This document shows, in pieces, positions 46,913-56,435 of a stretch of DNA of 64,000 nucleotides (position 1 is the first letter of the stretch; every line of letters starts with the position of its first letter). The notes beneath the pieces were generated by a model. The model did no database searches, was not told where the DNA came from, and saw only the letters and a list, made by a program, of their open reading frames with translations. This DNA comes from an uncultured Verrucomicrobiota bacterium. Lineage in GTDB: Bacteria > Verrucomicrobiota > Verrucomicrobiia > CAZIPW01. The position numbers and the translations under genes were made by a program. The stretch lies in NCBI GenBank assembly GCA_964541905.1, contig CAZIRU010000001.1:141490-205489 (forward strand), read 5' to 3'.

Positions 46913-48220
46913 TTACTTCCCTATGGCTCGAAGCACTTCTTCCATGAAAGCTTTGGCGTCGATAGGTTTTTGAATGAGACGCGTGACCCCCATGTTACCC
47001 AAGCGTACAACCTCCGGCAGCTGGATGTTCCCGGTAACGATGAAAATCGGCAACGCTGCGTCTGTTTGTCGCGCTTGCGCAACAAAATCTACGCCATTGA
47101 TTCCTGGCATGCGAAAATCGGTAATGATAAGGCTAAACCGCTCCTTTCTCATGGCTAGAAGCGCTTCGGAGGGGTTGTTAAGCTTTAGGGCTCCGAGTTT
47201 GCAGCTCTCCAGCAAATCCACTACCATTTGCGCGTGCAGATCTTCGTCATCGAGCACTAAAACCCGCGCAGGAGTTTTTGCGTCTTTGAAAGGTGTTGAG
47301 CTGAGGTGCTTAAGCGCTTTTTGCACGCTGTCGGGGTTGTGAATATGGCCCAGTCCGGCAATCTTCGGCAACTTCAATTCTAGATTCCCTAAAAAGAGGT
47401 AAAATTCATCATCAATAGCCTTTTCTTCATAGAGGGCATCCAATTCCTTGTTCAGGCAAAATAAAAACCGCACGTTGGGAAGTTTTTCAAAGGGCGCCTC
47501 TTTCTTCGCGATTCGGTAAAAGAGTGTTCGTTCGGCTTCCGAAAGCGCCTCGATGCGCTCAACAAGAAAAAGGGTCGGCGAGGAACCGACTGCGCGTAAG
47601 AGCCCTTCCTCGCGCGCATAATCCGCTTGCCATGGAAGAAGTTTCTCGCCGGCAGCGCTGTGCTTGGCAAATTCTTCGGCTACGGCTCGGAAGGGGCTGG
47701 ACTCGTCGCCAATAAGTAACAAGGTGCCCCTAAAATCTACAAGCGTTTGGAGCTTTTTAAAGAAAAGCTCGCGGCTGACCGTTGAGCCGAAAGGCGTTTG
47801 AGTAAAACCGCGAATGCCCGGATCGGGAGTGGCCAAACCAGACGCCTTTACGCTTCCGTTGAAAAGCTCTTCCACTCGTTTGAGCAGCGCAAAAATATTG
47901 AGTGGTTTGAAGAAGATGCCCGAAACCCCCAAATTCACAAATTCTTGCGCCGAGTCGTGGTCCAAAAAGCCCGAGATTACAATGACAGGAAGGGTGGAGT
48001 GCTTCTTTCTAATCTCGCGCAGCAGCTCAACTCCGGTTGTTTCTCCAAGGCGCTGATCTATCACAAGCAAATCATATGCAGCCTCGGCTAAAAAGGCCGC
48101 GGCCTTTTCCGCTTTTGTGGTGGAGCTGACGCCGTAACCTGCTTGCGTCAGAATTTCCGTCAGCAGACTGACAAAGTCGCCATCGTCATCAATGATAAAA
48201 ATATTTTGAGACTGCCCCAC
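46913..48220 (-). CDS. dual-receiver response regulator with degenerate sigma-54-type AAA+ central domain
   Basis: N-terminal REC (IFIIDDDGD...LLVIDQRLG), a central region resembling NtrC AAA+ but with a degenerate Walker A (LLLIGDESSPFR), and a C-terminal second REC (VLVLDDEDL...LIITDFRMPGINGV...K). No HTH. Confidence 0.6.
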   Translation of the reverse strand: MGQSQNIFIIDDDGDFVSLLTEILTQAGYGVSSTTKAEKAAAFLAEAAYDLLVIDQRLGETTGVELLREIRKKHSTLPVIVISGFLDHDSAQEFVNLGVSGIFFKPLNIFALLKRVEELFNGSVKASGLATPDPGIRGFTQTPFGSTVSRELFFKKLQTLVDFRGTLLLIGDESSPFRAVAEEFAKHSAAGEKLLPWQADYAREEGLLRAVGSSPTLFLVERIEALSEAERTLFYRIAKKEAPFEKLPNVRFLFCLNKELDALYEEKAIDDEFYLFLGNLELKLPKIAGLGHIHNPDSVQKALKHLSSTPFKDAKTPARVLVLDDEDLHAQMVVDLLESCKLGALKLNNPSEALLAMRKERFSLIITDFRMPGINGVDFVAQARQTDAALPIFIVTGNIQLPEVVRLGNMGVTRLIQKPIDAKAFMEEVLRAIGK

Positions 48221-48288
48221 GGTCTAAAAAGCTATCGCAAGTGCCCCGTCAAAGCAAGCCCCGCACAGGCTCAAAGCGCTCATGCAAA

Positions 48289-48921
48289 TCATTTCCATTG
48301 GAGCCTCAAGCGATGGTTTTCGATAAACAGATCGGATATTTCTTGCCACGAATGAAGAAGTTCTTCACTCGAAGGGTCTCCAAATATTTTCCAAAAAACA
48401 GCCATTATAGCAGGTTGAACAATGGCGTGCGGGAGGGGAAGGCTTCCCAGATAGGATTTTTGCGCGCTGAAATAAAATCCTTGAGGCCCGAGTTTAAAGG
48501 CGCCGCTTGTTTGAAAAACAAACGCTTGTTTATTGAGCGACGCGGGATAGCCCATCACCCCAATCTGGAAAAGCCCCGGCAAAATACGGACATTGGAGGT
48601 AAAAAGCGGCGCTTGACCTTCTTTTGTTTTTAAGCCCTCCCTCAAAAAAGTGTTAAATTCGCCCTCGGAGAGGGTGAGGGTGGAGGAGCGTCGTTCTGCC
48701 ATTGCGGCGATTTTTTCTCTCCACGCGCTGCCACCACTTTCGGTGCCGGCCTGATAGAATCTTTTTAGGGCTTCCGGCTTGGAGGGGAGCGTTTCGACCA
48801 CTTCGACGGGCCTCAGGATTAACTCGGCCGCGCCCAGACAAAGGCCCAGTCCTAAAGAGATCGTGGAGGCGAAAAAAAGCCCCCAACGAGAGCCTACCGG
48901 ACTGCTGCGCTGTGCTTGCAT
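48289..48921 (-). CDS. hypothetical protein with N-terminal signal/TM anchor
   Basis: 210 aa with an N-terminal hydrophobic segment; no recognised domain. Confidence 0.35.
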   Translation of the reverse strand: MQAQRSSPVGSRWGLFFASTISLGLGLCLGAAELILRPVEVVETLPSKPEALKRFYQAGTESGGSAWREKIAAMAERRSSTLTLSEGEFNTFLREGLKTKEGQAPLFTSNVRILPGLFQIGVMGYPASLNKQAFVFQTSGAFKLGPQGFYFSAQKSYLGSLPLPHAIVQPAIMAVFWKIFGDPSSEELLHSWQEISDLFIENHRLRLQWK

Positions 48922-48966
48922 AAGAGTTTTACTAACGGAAGAAATGAGCTTTGGCGCAAGGGCTGT

Positions 48967-49566
48967 TTAAGTATAACGGAGATTCCGAATCGTAAGGCTC
49001 AAGTGACAGACCATTAGGCTGGCTCCCAGAAAATAACTGGCTCCGAAAAGATAAATGCCGCCCAAAGCGATAAGCCCATAGCAGCTCAGGGCGGGGAGTA
49101 TCCAATGACGCCGCAATTTCCACCACTGGGGCAATACTTTCTCGAATTCGAGCCCGAGGAAAAGCCGCTCCGGATCGTCCTCGACTACGACTAAGGCCAA
49201 AGAAGAGAGCGTTAAAGCCAAAATCCAAGCTAACCCCCACACAATTGGCGAGATAAAGTCGAGCAAGATAAGTTGCAGTAGGTTGTCAATGCCATATCCC
49301 AAGAACAGCGGCGTGAGAAAGTAAAAAGCTCCCGTTGGCAAGGCCGCAAAGGTTTGTTTCACAAAACGTGAGTCAAAGTGAAACTCAGGCAGCTCCAACT
49401 CGGCGCTCGAGCTTGCCAGCTTGGCCAGATTGCGCAGATAGCCAAAGCCCAAAAGGACAGTGCACATGAGCGCCCCAATAAGGATTTTGTGCCAAGACTG
49501 CGCGCGGAAAAAAAGTTCTCGCAAAAGTCCCTCAAGGCTGGTCAACATAATGGAAATCTGCCACAC
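48967..49566 (-). CDS. hypothetical polytopic membrane protein
   Basis: 199 aa with about five predicted TM helices. Confidence 0.35.
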   Translation of the reverse strand: MWQISIMLTSLEGLLRELFFRAQSWHKILIGALMCTVLLGFGYLRNLAKLASSSAELELPEFHFDSRFVKQTFAALPTGAFYFLTPLFLGYGIDNLLQLILLDFISPIVWGLAWILALTLSSLALVVVEDDPERLFLGLEFEKVLPQWWKLRRHWILPALSCYGLIALGGIYLFGASYFLGASLMVCHLSLTIRNLRYT

Positions 49567-49574
49567 TTCGGCCT

Positions 49575-50444
49575 ATGAGGTCAATGTCGTTTGAAAAACA
49601 ATACGCCGCGTTTCAGTCTCCCGTTGAAGCGCTTATCAAAAAATATCCATTCGGAGTCTCGACCGTTGAGCGCGGCGCCCGCTATAGTTTGGAGCTTCCC
49701 GGCAAGCGCGTGCGCCCCGTGATGCTCATGGCGGCCGCTCGTCAGACGCGCAAAAAAGGTGCGCGTAGTCTTGGTAACCCCGTCTATGCAGCCGTGGCGC
49801 TCGAAATGGTTCACACCTTTTCGCTTATGCATGACGACTTGCCTTGCATTGACAACGCGACATTGCGGCGAGGTAAAAAATGCGTCCACAAGGTTTTCGG
49901 CGAGGCGCAAGGGCTTTTGGCGGGAGATCTGCTCCTTAACGAGGCCTTCCGCTTGGTTTCGCAAAGCTATCCCGCTGAGCTGGCCGGAAGGCTGGTAAAA
50001 ATTCTCGCAGCCGTCGCCAGGGACCTCATCGTTGGCGAGGCTTGTGATGTCGAGGCGGATTTTTTGCCTGTCAAAAAGGTGGACATTGGTTTTATTTACC
50101 AAAACAAAACGGCGCGCATGATTGGTGCGCCAATCGCCTTAGGGCTTACCTTGGCTGGCTGGCGCGAGGCGGCTATGCGCGAACAGGTCTTGGCCGCCGA
50201 AAAGATCGGCATTGCTTTTCAGTTGGTGGACGATCTTTTGGACGTGCGTTCTTCCGCGAAAAAGTTAGGCAAGGATGTCGGTCAGGACGCGCGCAAAAAG
50301 ACCTTCCTCAAACAAAAAGGAGCGGCCTGGTGCGAAGCGGAAGCGCTGCGGCTTTCAAAGGCAGCGATGAAGACCTTTTCGAGGCTGCCGCGGCCAGAAT
50401 TCTTGATGGAGCTTGCACAGCGTCTTATCTATCGCCAGTCTTAA
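49575..50444 (+). CDS. ispA: polyprenyl diphosphate synthase (farnesyl/geranylgeranyl diphosphate synthase)
   Basis: First aspartate-rich motif LMHDDLPCIDNATLRRGK and second motif FQLVDDLLD. Confidence 0.8.
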   Translation: MRSMSFEKQYAAFQSPVEALIKKYPFGVSTVERGARYSLELPGKRVRPVMLMAAARQTRKKGARSLGNPVYAAVALEMVHTFSLMHDDLPCIDNATLRRGKKCVHKVFGEAQGLLAGDLLLNEAFRLVSQSYPAELAGRLVKILAAVARDLIVGEACDVEADFLPVKKVDIGFIYQNKTARMIGAPIALGLTLAGWREAAMREQVLAAEKIGIAFQLVDDLLDVRSSAKKLGKDVGQDARKKTFLKQKGAAWCEAEALRLSKAAMKTFSRLPRPEFLMELAQRLIYRQS

Positions 50445-51180
50445 CGCCTATCTTGTGGGCGGGCGGCTCCAGCTTGGCTTTTTTGAATTCCGCCACGACC
50501 TCTTTGGGCGATCCCGACATCCGGACTCCCCCGTGTTCAATCCACAAGACGCGCGTGCAGAGATTCTCCAAAATGTCGAGGTGATGCGAGATAAGCACCA
50601 TCGTTTTGTCTCCGTGGAATTTTTGTTTAAGCGTTTTTTCCGACTTTTCTTGAAAAGCGAAATCCCCCACGCCCAAAAGCTCGTCCAGTAGAATAACATC
50701 GGGGTCGCATTCCATCGCAACCGAAAACCCCAGCCTCATGACCATTCCCGAAGAGTAAGTGTTTACCGGATATTCAAAGAAGTCTCCCAGCTCGCTGTAC
50801 TCTTTGATGGCCTCCACCCGCTCGAGCATCGTCTGCCGCGACTTTCCCAGCAGCATTCCGTTGAGCACGGCATTCTCTCTGCCCGAAAGCGAGCCTTCAA
50901 AGCCGACACCCAGCGAAAGCAGCTGGACGTGAAGCTTTTTGTGCCACAAAAGTTTACCCTCAGAGGGTGCGAAAATTCCGGCCAGCATTCTCATAAGCGT
51001 ACTTTTGCCCACTCCGTTGCGGCCCAAGAGCCCCAGCTTTTCGCCCTCAAAAATTTGGAAGTCCAAGCCCCTAAGCGCCCAAATTTCGCGCGGCTTTTGA
51101 AGAAGTTGTTTGCGCAGGCGATAACAAAGGCCAACGTTTTGGGCGCTCAAAATTGCCGAAGCGGGCGTGGCGGTGTTCAT
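50425..51180 (-). CDS. ABC transporter ATP-binding protein (polysaccharide/teichoic-acid exporter type, Wzt/KpsT/TagH-like)
   Basis: Walker A GRNGVGKST, ABC signature YSSGMVMRLGFS, Walker B VILLDE. Confidence 0.75.
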   Translation of the reverse strand: MNTATPASAILSAQNVGLCYRLRKQLLQKPREIWALRGLDFQIFEGEKLGLLGRNGVGKSTLMRMLAGIFAPSEGKLLWHKKLHVQLLSLGVGFEGSLSGRENAVLNGMLLGKSRQTMLERVEAIKEYSELGDFFEYPVNTYSSGMVMRLGFSVAMECDPDVILLDELLGVGDFAFQEKSEKTLKQKFHGDKTMVLISHHLDILENLCTRVLWIEHGGVRMSGSPKEVVAEFKKAKLEPPAHKIGVKTGDR

Positions 51181-51956
51181 AGGTTTACCTCCTTAAGCAG
51201 TTTTTTGTCGAACTTTTTGCAGATGCTCCACCCCAATACCATGAGCCCCACTCCCCAAATTGCGGCATAACCCAGCAGCCCTAGGCTGGGTGCGGCGTGC
51301 CGCAAAACCACCGCTCGATAGCTTTCCAAAAGACAGGCCATCGGATTTGCAAAGAACGCTCCCCGCAGGCCCTCCGGCAGTAAATCCGGTGCAAAGAAAA
51401 TTCCCGAAAGATAAAACAGCAAGCGCGTGCAGGCCTGCGAAATTTTCGCGGTATCTTCATTATAGGCCACAGGGATGCTCAGCGCCCACGCCAGCCCTGC
51501 AACAATCGTCAATTGTACCGCCACTATCAAAGGTATCCACAGCCATGTCCATGAAGCTCCCGCCCCCCAGAAGACATTAACCAGCAAAATCAGCGCGAGT
51601 ACGCAGATAAATTTCCAGGTGGCCGTCCCCACATGCACGAGCGGGAAAAGTTGTTTAGGTAAGGGAATTTGCAGCAGGATGTGCAATTTCGATTTTAAGC
51701 CCATCATTCCTTCGTTGAGCGCCGCCTCAAACCATTGCCAAGCGATCATGCCGATAATCAAAAACCACAGATAGTCCGGTGATTTTGTGTTCAGCAGCAC
51801 TCCGAAGACGAGGAAGAAGATACCCGTCATCAAGAGCGGATCGAGGGCAAACCACAAATAACCCAGATAATTCTGCCGCGCCTCGCTTTTGAGCTGTGCC
51901 CAAATGCGGTATAAAATAATATCTCGATAGCGTCCGAGGCGGGAGAACATGGCCAC
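51177..51956 (-). CDS. ABC-2 type exporter permease (Wzm/KpsM-like)
   Basis: 259 aa with six TM helices. It overlaps the downstream ATPase gene by 4 nt. Confidence 0.65.
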   Translation of the reverse strand: MAMFSRLGRYRDIILYRIWAQLKSEARQNYLGYLWFALDPLLMTGIFFLVFGVLLNTKSPDYLWFLIIGMIAWQWFEAALNEGMMGLKSKLHILLQIPLPKQLFPLVHVGTATWKFICVLALILLVNVFWGAGASWTWLWIPLIVAVQLTIVAGLAWALSIPVAYNEDTAKISQACTRLLFYLSGIFFAPDLLPEGLRGAFFANPMACLLESYRAVVLRHAAPSLGLLGYAAIWGVGLMVLGWSICKKFDKKLLKEVNL

Positions 51957-52032
51957 ACGAGAATAATCGCTTACCCGTTTTCTGACCAGAAAAATATCGA
52001 CGGGGTTCCTTAAAAAGTGTCAATATTCCCGT

Positions 52033-52662
52033 GTGAATACCCTGCTGTATTTTTTCAAGGTGATCGTGGCTCTTTTTGCGATTGTCTCGCCGCTTTCGAC
52101 GGTGCCGACATTTCTGAGCATGACTCCCACGAATACGCCTTCCGAGCGACTGCGGATGGCGCGCTTGGCGTGCATTGTGGCGGGGGCGGTGATTTTTATT
52201 TTTGCGCTGATCGGCGAATTGATTTTTCGCCTAATGGGGATTACGCTGCCGGCCTTTCAAGTGGCGGGCGGGTTGCTGCTTTTCGGAATTGGCTATGACA
52301 TGCTGCATGCGCGCGAGAGCGAAAGCAAAATCTCCCCCGAGGAGCGCGACGAGGGCGAGAAGCTCGACAACGTCGCCATTACCCCATTGGCCGTGCCTCT
52401 TTTGGCGGGGCCGGGGGCTATTTCCACGGTTATCTTGCTTATGGGCGAGGCGGTGGGTTGGTGGCAAAAGATCGTCGTTTTGGGTTGCGTGCCGCTGACG
52501 GCAGTCGTCTCCTATTACATTTTTAAAATTTCCGCAGAAGGCGCCACCTGGATCAGCCCGATTGTTTTGAAGGTTATTCGGCGGTTGACGGGGCTTATTC
52601 TTGCGGCACTTGCCGTGCAATTCGTTGTCAACGGCTGGCAGAGCGTGATGATACGCCTCTAA
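52033..52662 (+). CDS. MarC family (UPF0056) membrane protein
   Basis: 209 aa, six TM helices. The N-terminal FAIVSPLSTVPTFLSMT resembles the MarC NPLG-region. Confidence 0.55.
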   Translation: MNTLLYFFKVIVALFAIVSPLSTVPTFLSMTPTNTPSERLRMARLACIVAGAVIFIFALIGELIFRLMGITLPAFQVAGGLLLFGIGYDMLHARESESKISPEERDEGEKLDNVAITPLAVPLLAGPGAISTVILLMGEAVGWWQKIVVLGCVPLTAVVSYYIFKISAEGATWISPIVLKVIRRLTGLILAALAVQFVVNGWQSVMIRL

Positions 52663-52906
52663 GCGCGTTGGGCAAGGCCTTTTCGTCGAGGGGCAGCTTG
52701 AGTTTTTTGAGGCGTGCGGTTTTTCCCGAAACGATTTTTATCGCTTGCGCCTCCAGCTTTAGCGTTTTTGCTAAAAAGCGCACAAGCGCCTCGTTGGCCT
52801 CTCCTTTTTCCGGGCAGGCCGCCACGTCCACATAAAGGATACCGTTTTCGTAACGCTTGATAACGTTACAGGAGGCATGCGGGCTTACCTTGACCGAAAG
52901 GATCAT
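52628..52906 (-). CDS. YggU family protein (DUF167)
   Basis: About 92 aa: LSVKVSPHASCNVIKRYENGILYVDVAACPEKGEANEALVRFLAKTLKL matches the DUF167 pattern. Start moved to the ATG at 52906. Confidence 0.55.
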   Translation of the reverse strand: MILSVKVSPHASCNVIKRYENGILYVDVAACPEKGEANEALVRFLAKTLKLEAQAIKIVSGKTARLKKLKLPLDEKALPNALRGVSSRSASR

Positions 52907-53005
52907 TGCTTTTATTTTACGCGCAACTCTCCCGCGCGTCACTTCAAAACCCGCATGCGCGTTAAAGATTGCCAAGAAATTTATTTATTCGTAGCGTCAT
53001 TTTCG

Positions 53006-54106
53006 ATGATAAGACTCGCAGACGTTGCTGAAGAGATTCGGGCCAAGCAAAAGGCTTTGCGCCGCAGCCGCGTGCTGGTGGGCTTTGACGCAACCGTTGA
53101 TAAAATCGTGGAAGCGGTGGACAAGCGCTTGGGCCTGGGGGAGGCCTACGCTCCCATTCCTTCGATTACGGCCTTTGGCGGTCGCGTCAGCGCGGCGGCT
53201 CACAAGAGCACAAATATCGAGCTTTTTCAAAAAAGAGAAAAGATCGGCGGCAATGCGGCTATCATGGCGGGGGCGTTGGCTTCGTTGGGGGCGCGCCCGA
53301 CGCTATTGGCCGACTTGGGCCAAAAAAAGCTGCATCCGGTTTTTAAGCCTCTGCGCAAGAAGGCCCAGCTCAAGCGGCTTGGCGACCCGACCGAAACCCA
53401 CGCTCTGGAGTTTTCCGATGGCAAGATCATGTTTTGCTACACCCGCAACCACGAGGCGATTACCTTCACTAATATCCGCCGCAAGCTTGGGGTTGCCTTC
53501 AAGCCGACCTTCCGTCGCGCGCAGCTTGTAAGCTTGGTCAATTGGACGATGACGCCCGGGATGACGGAGATTTTGCGACGGCTGGCCCGCGAAGTTCTTG
53601 AGCCCCTCTCCGGCCAGACGTTTTTCTTCGATCTCGCCGATCCCGAAAAGCGTCCCACCTCCGAGCTGCGCGAAGTTCTTGAGCTTTTGCCAACCTTTGA
53701 GCGGTTTGGCCCCGTCATCTTGGGACTCAACCTCAAAGAAGCCGTGCAAGTTTGCGAAGTGCTCCACGTTGGGCTTGTTTCCGAAGAAAGCGAGGCGTTG
53801 CAAAAAACAGCGCAGGCCTTGCGCGAAAAGCTCAACATCCATTGTGTTATCATTCACCCTTCCGATTTCGCGGTTTGCGCTACGCTGGAGGGTGCATTTT
53901 TTGCCCAAGGGCCTTTCATCAAGGCGCCCAAAATAAAAACGGGCGCGGGAGACCATTTCAACGCGGGGTTTGCGGCGGGAGTTTTGATGGGACTTGGTAC
54001 GCAAGGAGCCTTGACCTTGGGGGTTGCGGCCTCCGGCTACTATGTGGCCGAAGGAAAAACGCCCAGCCTCAACGAAATAATTGCCAGTCTTTCTGCCGGC
54101 TGGTAG
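53006..54106 (+). CDS. PfkB/ribokinase-superfamily carbohydrate kinase
   Basis: GGNAAIMAGALASLG early and a GAGDHFNAGF catalytic-base motif late. Start at the ATG at 53006. Confidence 0.5.
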   Translation: MIRLADVAEEIRAKQKALRRSRVLVGFDATVDKIVEAVDKRLGLGEAYAPIPSITAFGGRVSAAAHKSTNIELFQKREKIGGNAAIMAGALASLGARPTLLADLGQKKLHPVFKPLRKKAQLKRLGDPTETHALEFSDGKIMFCYTRNHEAITFTNIRRKLGVAFKPTFRRAQLVSLVNWTMTPGMTEILRRLAREVLEPLSGQTFFFDLADPEKRPTSELREVLELLPTFERFGPVILGLNLKEAVQVCEVLHVGLVSEESEALQKTAQALREKLNIHCVIIHPSDFAVCATLEGAFFAQGPFIKAPKIKTGAGDHFNAGFAAGVLMGLGTQGALTLGVAASGYYVAEGKTPSLNEIIASLSAGW

Positions 54107-54115
54107 GCTAGGGCC

Positions 54116-54805
54116 ATGGCGGGGCTGTTGATTAGTTTTGAGGGCGGCGAGGGTGTTGGCAAGGGGACTCAAGTTGCTTTGCTCAAAGAGGCGCTTGAGA
54201 CTGCCGGCTATCAGGTGGAGCTTACGCGCGAACCCGGAGGCACGCCTATCGGCGAGAAAATCCGCCATCTTCTGAAGTTCGACGAAGAGGCTCGCAACAT
54301 GAAGGCGGAGGCTGAGCTTTTACTTTTCGTGGCCGCGCGCGCGCAGAATTTTGCCGAGCGGATTGCTCCGGCGTTGCAAGCTGGCAAAATCGTCATCTGC
54401 GATCGCTTCATCGATTCTTCCGTCGTTTATCAAGGCATTTGCCGTGGCCTAGGGGTGGAGTTCGTCGAGCGCATCAATAGTTTTGCCACGCGTGGCCGCA
54501 AGCCCGATCTTACTTTCCTTTTGGATCAGCCCGCCGAAGTTGGGTTGGCGCGCGTGCGCAAAATTTCGCAAGGCGAGCAGCTAAAGCTGAATATTTCCCT
54601 GCCGCAACAAGAAGCGCGCGCCCAAGACCGGATGGATGTCTTTGGGTTAAGCGTGGCGCAGCAGCTCCGCGAAGCTTATTTACAACTGGCCTTGGGCGAG
54701 CCGGAGCGTTTTATTGTCGTTGATGCCCATCGCGACGTCCAAACCATTGCAAAGGAGGTGTTTGCCCATGTCCAAAATCGACTGGCCGCAGCTGTTGCAA
54801 GATAG
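54116..54805 (+). CDS. tmk: thymidylate kinase
   Basis: P-loop ISFEGGEGVGKGTQ and the DRF/lid region; 229 aa. Confidence 0.85.
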   Translation: MAGLLISFEGGEGVGKGTQVALLKEALETAGYQVELTREPGGTPIGEKIRHLLKFDEEARNMKAEAELLLFVAARAQNFAERIAPALQAGKIVICDRFIDSSVVYQGICRGLGVEFVERINSFATRGRKPDLTFLLDQPAEVGLARVRKISQGEQLKLNISLPQQEARAQDRMDVFGLSVAQQLREAYLQLALGEPERFIVVDAHRDVQTIAKEVFAHVQNRLAAAVAR

Positions 54806-55655
54806 TGCGGCGGCCCGTTCTCTGGAGCGCGCGCTCGAGCAGGGGCGGCTGGGACATGCGCTTGTCTTCGTTGCCAACGATGTAACTTTGGCCGATGGGG
54901 CGGCGCGCGCGCTTGCGCAAGGACTTTTAGGCGGGAGTTATAATACAGACTACGCCTTTGCCTCTCCCGAGAACAAAATGCGCCAAATTGGCGTTGACGC
55001 AATGCGGGGCTTGCGCGAGTTCCTCCAAAAAAGCACCCATAGCGGCCGTAAGGTCGTCCACATCAGCCAAGCCGATCGTTTGGGGCGCGAGGGAGCCAAT
55101 CTTTTCTTGAAAATCTTTGAAGAGCCGCCGGAGGGCAGCACAATTATTCTTACAACTTCCGAGCCGGCAGCGCTTATGCCGACCCTCCTAAGCCGGGCGA
55201 TGCGCTTTCGCTTCGACACAACTGCACGAGCGGAGGCTTCCGGCTCGCTGGCTTCCTTTTGCGAACATTTCCGCGCGCTTTTACAAAAGGGTGCAGACCC
55301 GCTTTCTGAGGCTTGTGTGATGCATGAGGCATATCAGCTCCTGCAGCAGGCGGAGGAGGATGCCGAAAAGCAAGCCAAGGCGCTTGCCAAGACAAGCGAA
55401 GACGAAATCCCCGAAGAGCAGCTCTCAGCGCAGGTCGCGCAGCGTCAAAAGGCCTTTAAAAAGGAGCTTTTTTCTGCAATCGAGCGAGAGATTATTGATT
55501 TTTACGAAAATCAGCCATCCAAAAGCTTTGCGCTTAAAAAGGCGTTGGTCTGCGTTGAGCGGGCTTATCGGCTGACGGTTTTTAACCTCAACTCGGCTGT
55601 AGCCCTCGAAGCCGCCATAGGGGGAGCTACCCAAGCGTTTGCCGAATGTAAATAG
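54768..55655 (+). CDS. holB: DNA polymerase III delta-prime subunit
   Basis: It overlaps the tmk 3' end, the conserved tmk-holB arrangement. Contains GHALVFVANDVTLADGAARALAQGLLG and an AAA+-like core. SD AAAGGAGG upstream of the ATG at 54768. Confidence 0.65.
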   Translation: MSKIDWPQLLQDSAAARSLERALEQGRLGHALVFVANDVTLADGAARALAQGLLGGSYNTDYAFASPENKMRQIGVDAMRGLREFLQKSTHSGRKVVHISQADRLGREGANLFLKIFEEPPEGSTIILTTSEPAALMPTLLSRAMRFRFDTTARAEASGSLASFCEHFRALLQKGADPLSEACVMHEAYQLLQQAEEDAEKQAKALAKTSEDEIPEEQLSAQVAQRQKAFKKELFSAIEREIIDFYENQPSKSFALKKALVCVERAYRLTVFNLNSAVALEAAIGGATQAFAECK

Positions 55656-55667
55656 TAGGCAAAATAG

Positions 55668-56435
55668 TTGACAAAACAGGCCTCTATCCATAAAAAATCT
55701 GCTATGTCTTTGCGGCCCGCCATTGGAATCACCTGCGATACCACGCAAATAAATGGACAAGTTCGCTATATGCTGCGTCCGGAATATGTAAAAGCCGTCA
55801 ATAAGGCGGGCGGAACGGCCATTATCTTGCCTCATACTAAAGAGGACATCCCAAGCCAACTTGCTCTATGTCATGGGTTTATATTGACTGGCGGTGACGA
55901 TCCCGACATGCGAGCCTACGGCGAGTCCAATCACCCCTCGACCAAAACAATGGATCCGCAACGTCAGGTCTACGAGGAAGCGCTCATAGACGCCCTCAAG
56001 CAAACGCGACATCCGGTTTTGGGCATTTGCCTAGGGATGCAACTCATGGCGCTTCGGAATGGGGGCAAACTAACGCAACACCTTGACGAGAAATCGCTTT
56101 TAGTGCATTCTGGGCAAAAAGAGCACATTGTAAAAACGACTCCAGACGCCCCTTTCCCTTCCGACGGCGCGAGCGTCCTCTCCAGTCATCATCAAGCGCT
56201 TAATACCTCGGGAGCTTTGGCAATTTGGGCCAGGGGTCCGCACGATATTATCGAGGGGGTTTGCGCGCCAGAGATGCTCAAAAAAGGGTGGCAGGCGGCT
56301 TCCTGTCGTTTTTATCTAGGCGTCCAATGGCATCCAGAAAGAACTCAGGATAGAAATCTAGGCTTGGGACTTTTTGAGGCCCTCGTCGCTGCGGCTACTC
56401 GTTTCAGCGAGGGGCCAGAGTCTATTTTAACTTAA
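55668..56435 (+). CDS. class I glutamine amidotransferase-like hydrolase (peptidase C26 / PuuD-like)
   Basis: Catalytic Cys motif GICLGMQLM and a C-terminal His region (VQWHPE). Confidence 0.65.
   Translation: MTKQASIHKKSAMSLRPAIGITCDTTQINGQVRYMLRPEYVKAVNKAGGTAIILPHTKEDIPSQLALCHGFILTGGDDPDMRAYGESNHPSTKTMDPQRQVYEEALIDALKQTRHPVLGICLGMQLMALRNGGKLTQHLDEKSLLVHSGQKEHIVKTTPDAPFPSDGASVLSSHHQALNTSGALAIWARGPHDIIEGVCAPEMLKKGWQAASCRFYLGVQWHPERTQDRNLGLGLFEALVAAATRFSEGPESILT

Noticed and set aside
53303-54268. 321-aa minus-strand ORF opposite the PfkB kinase and tmk
   Set aside because: It is antisense to two well-supported plus-strand genes. It has no recognisable motifs and a biased Arg/Gly composition.
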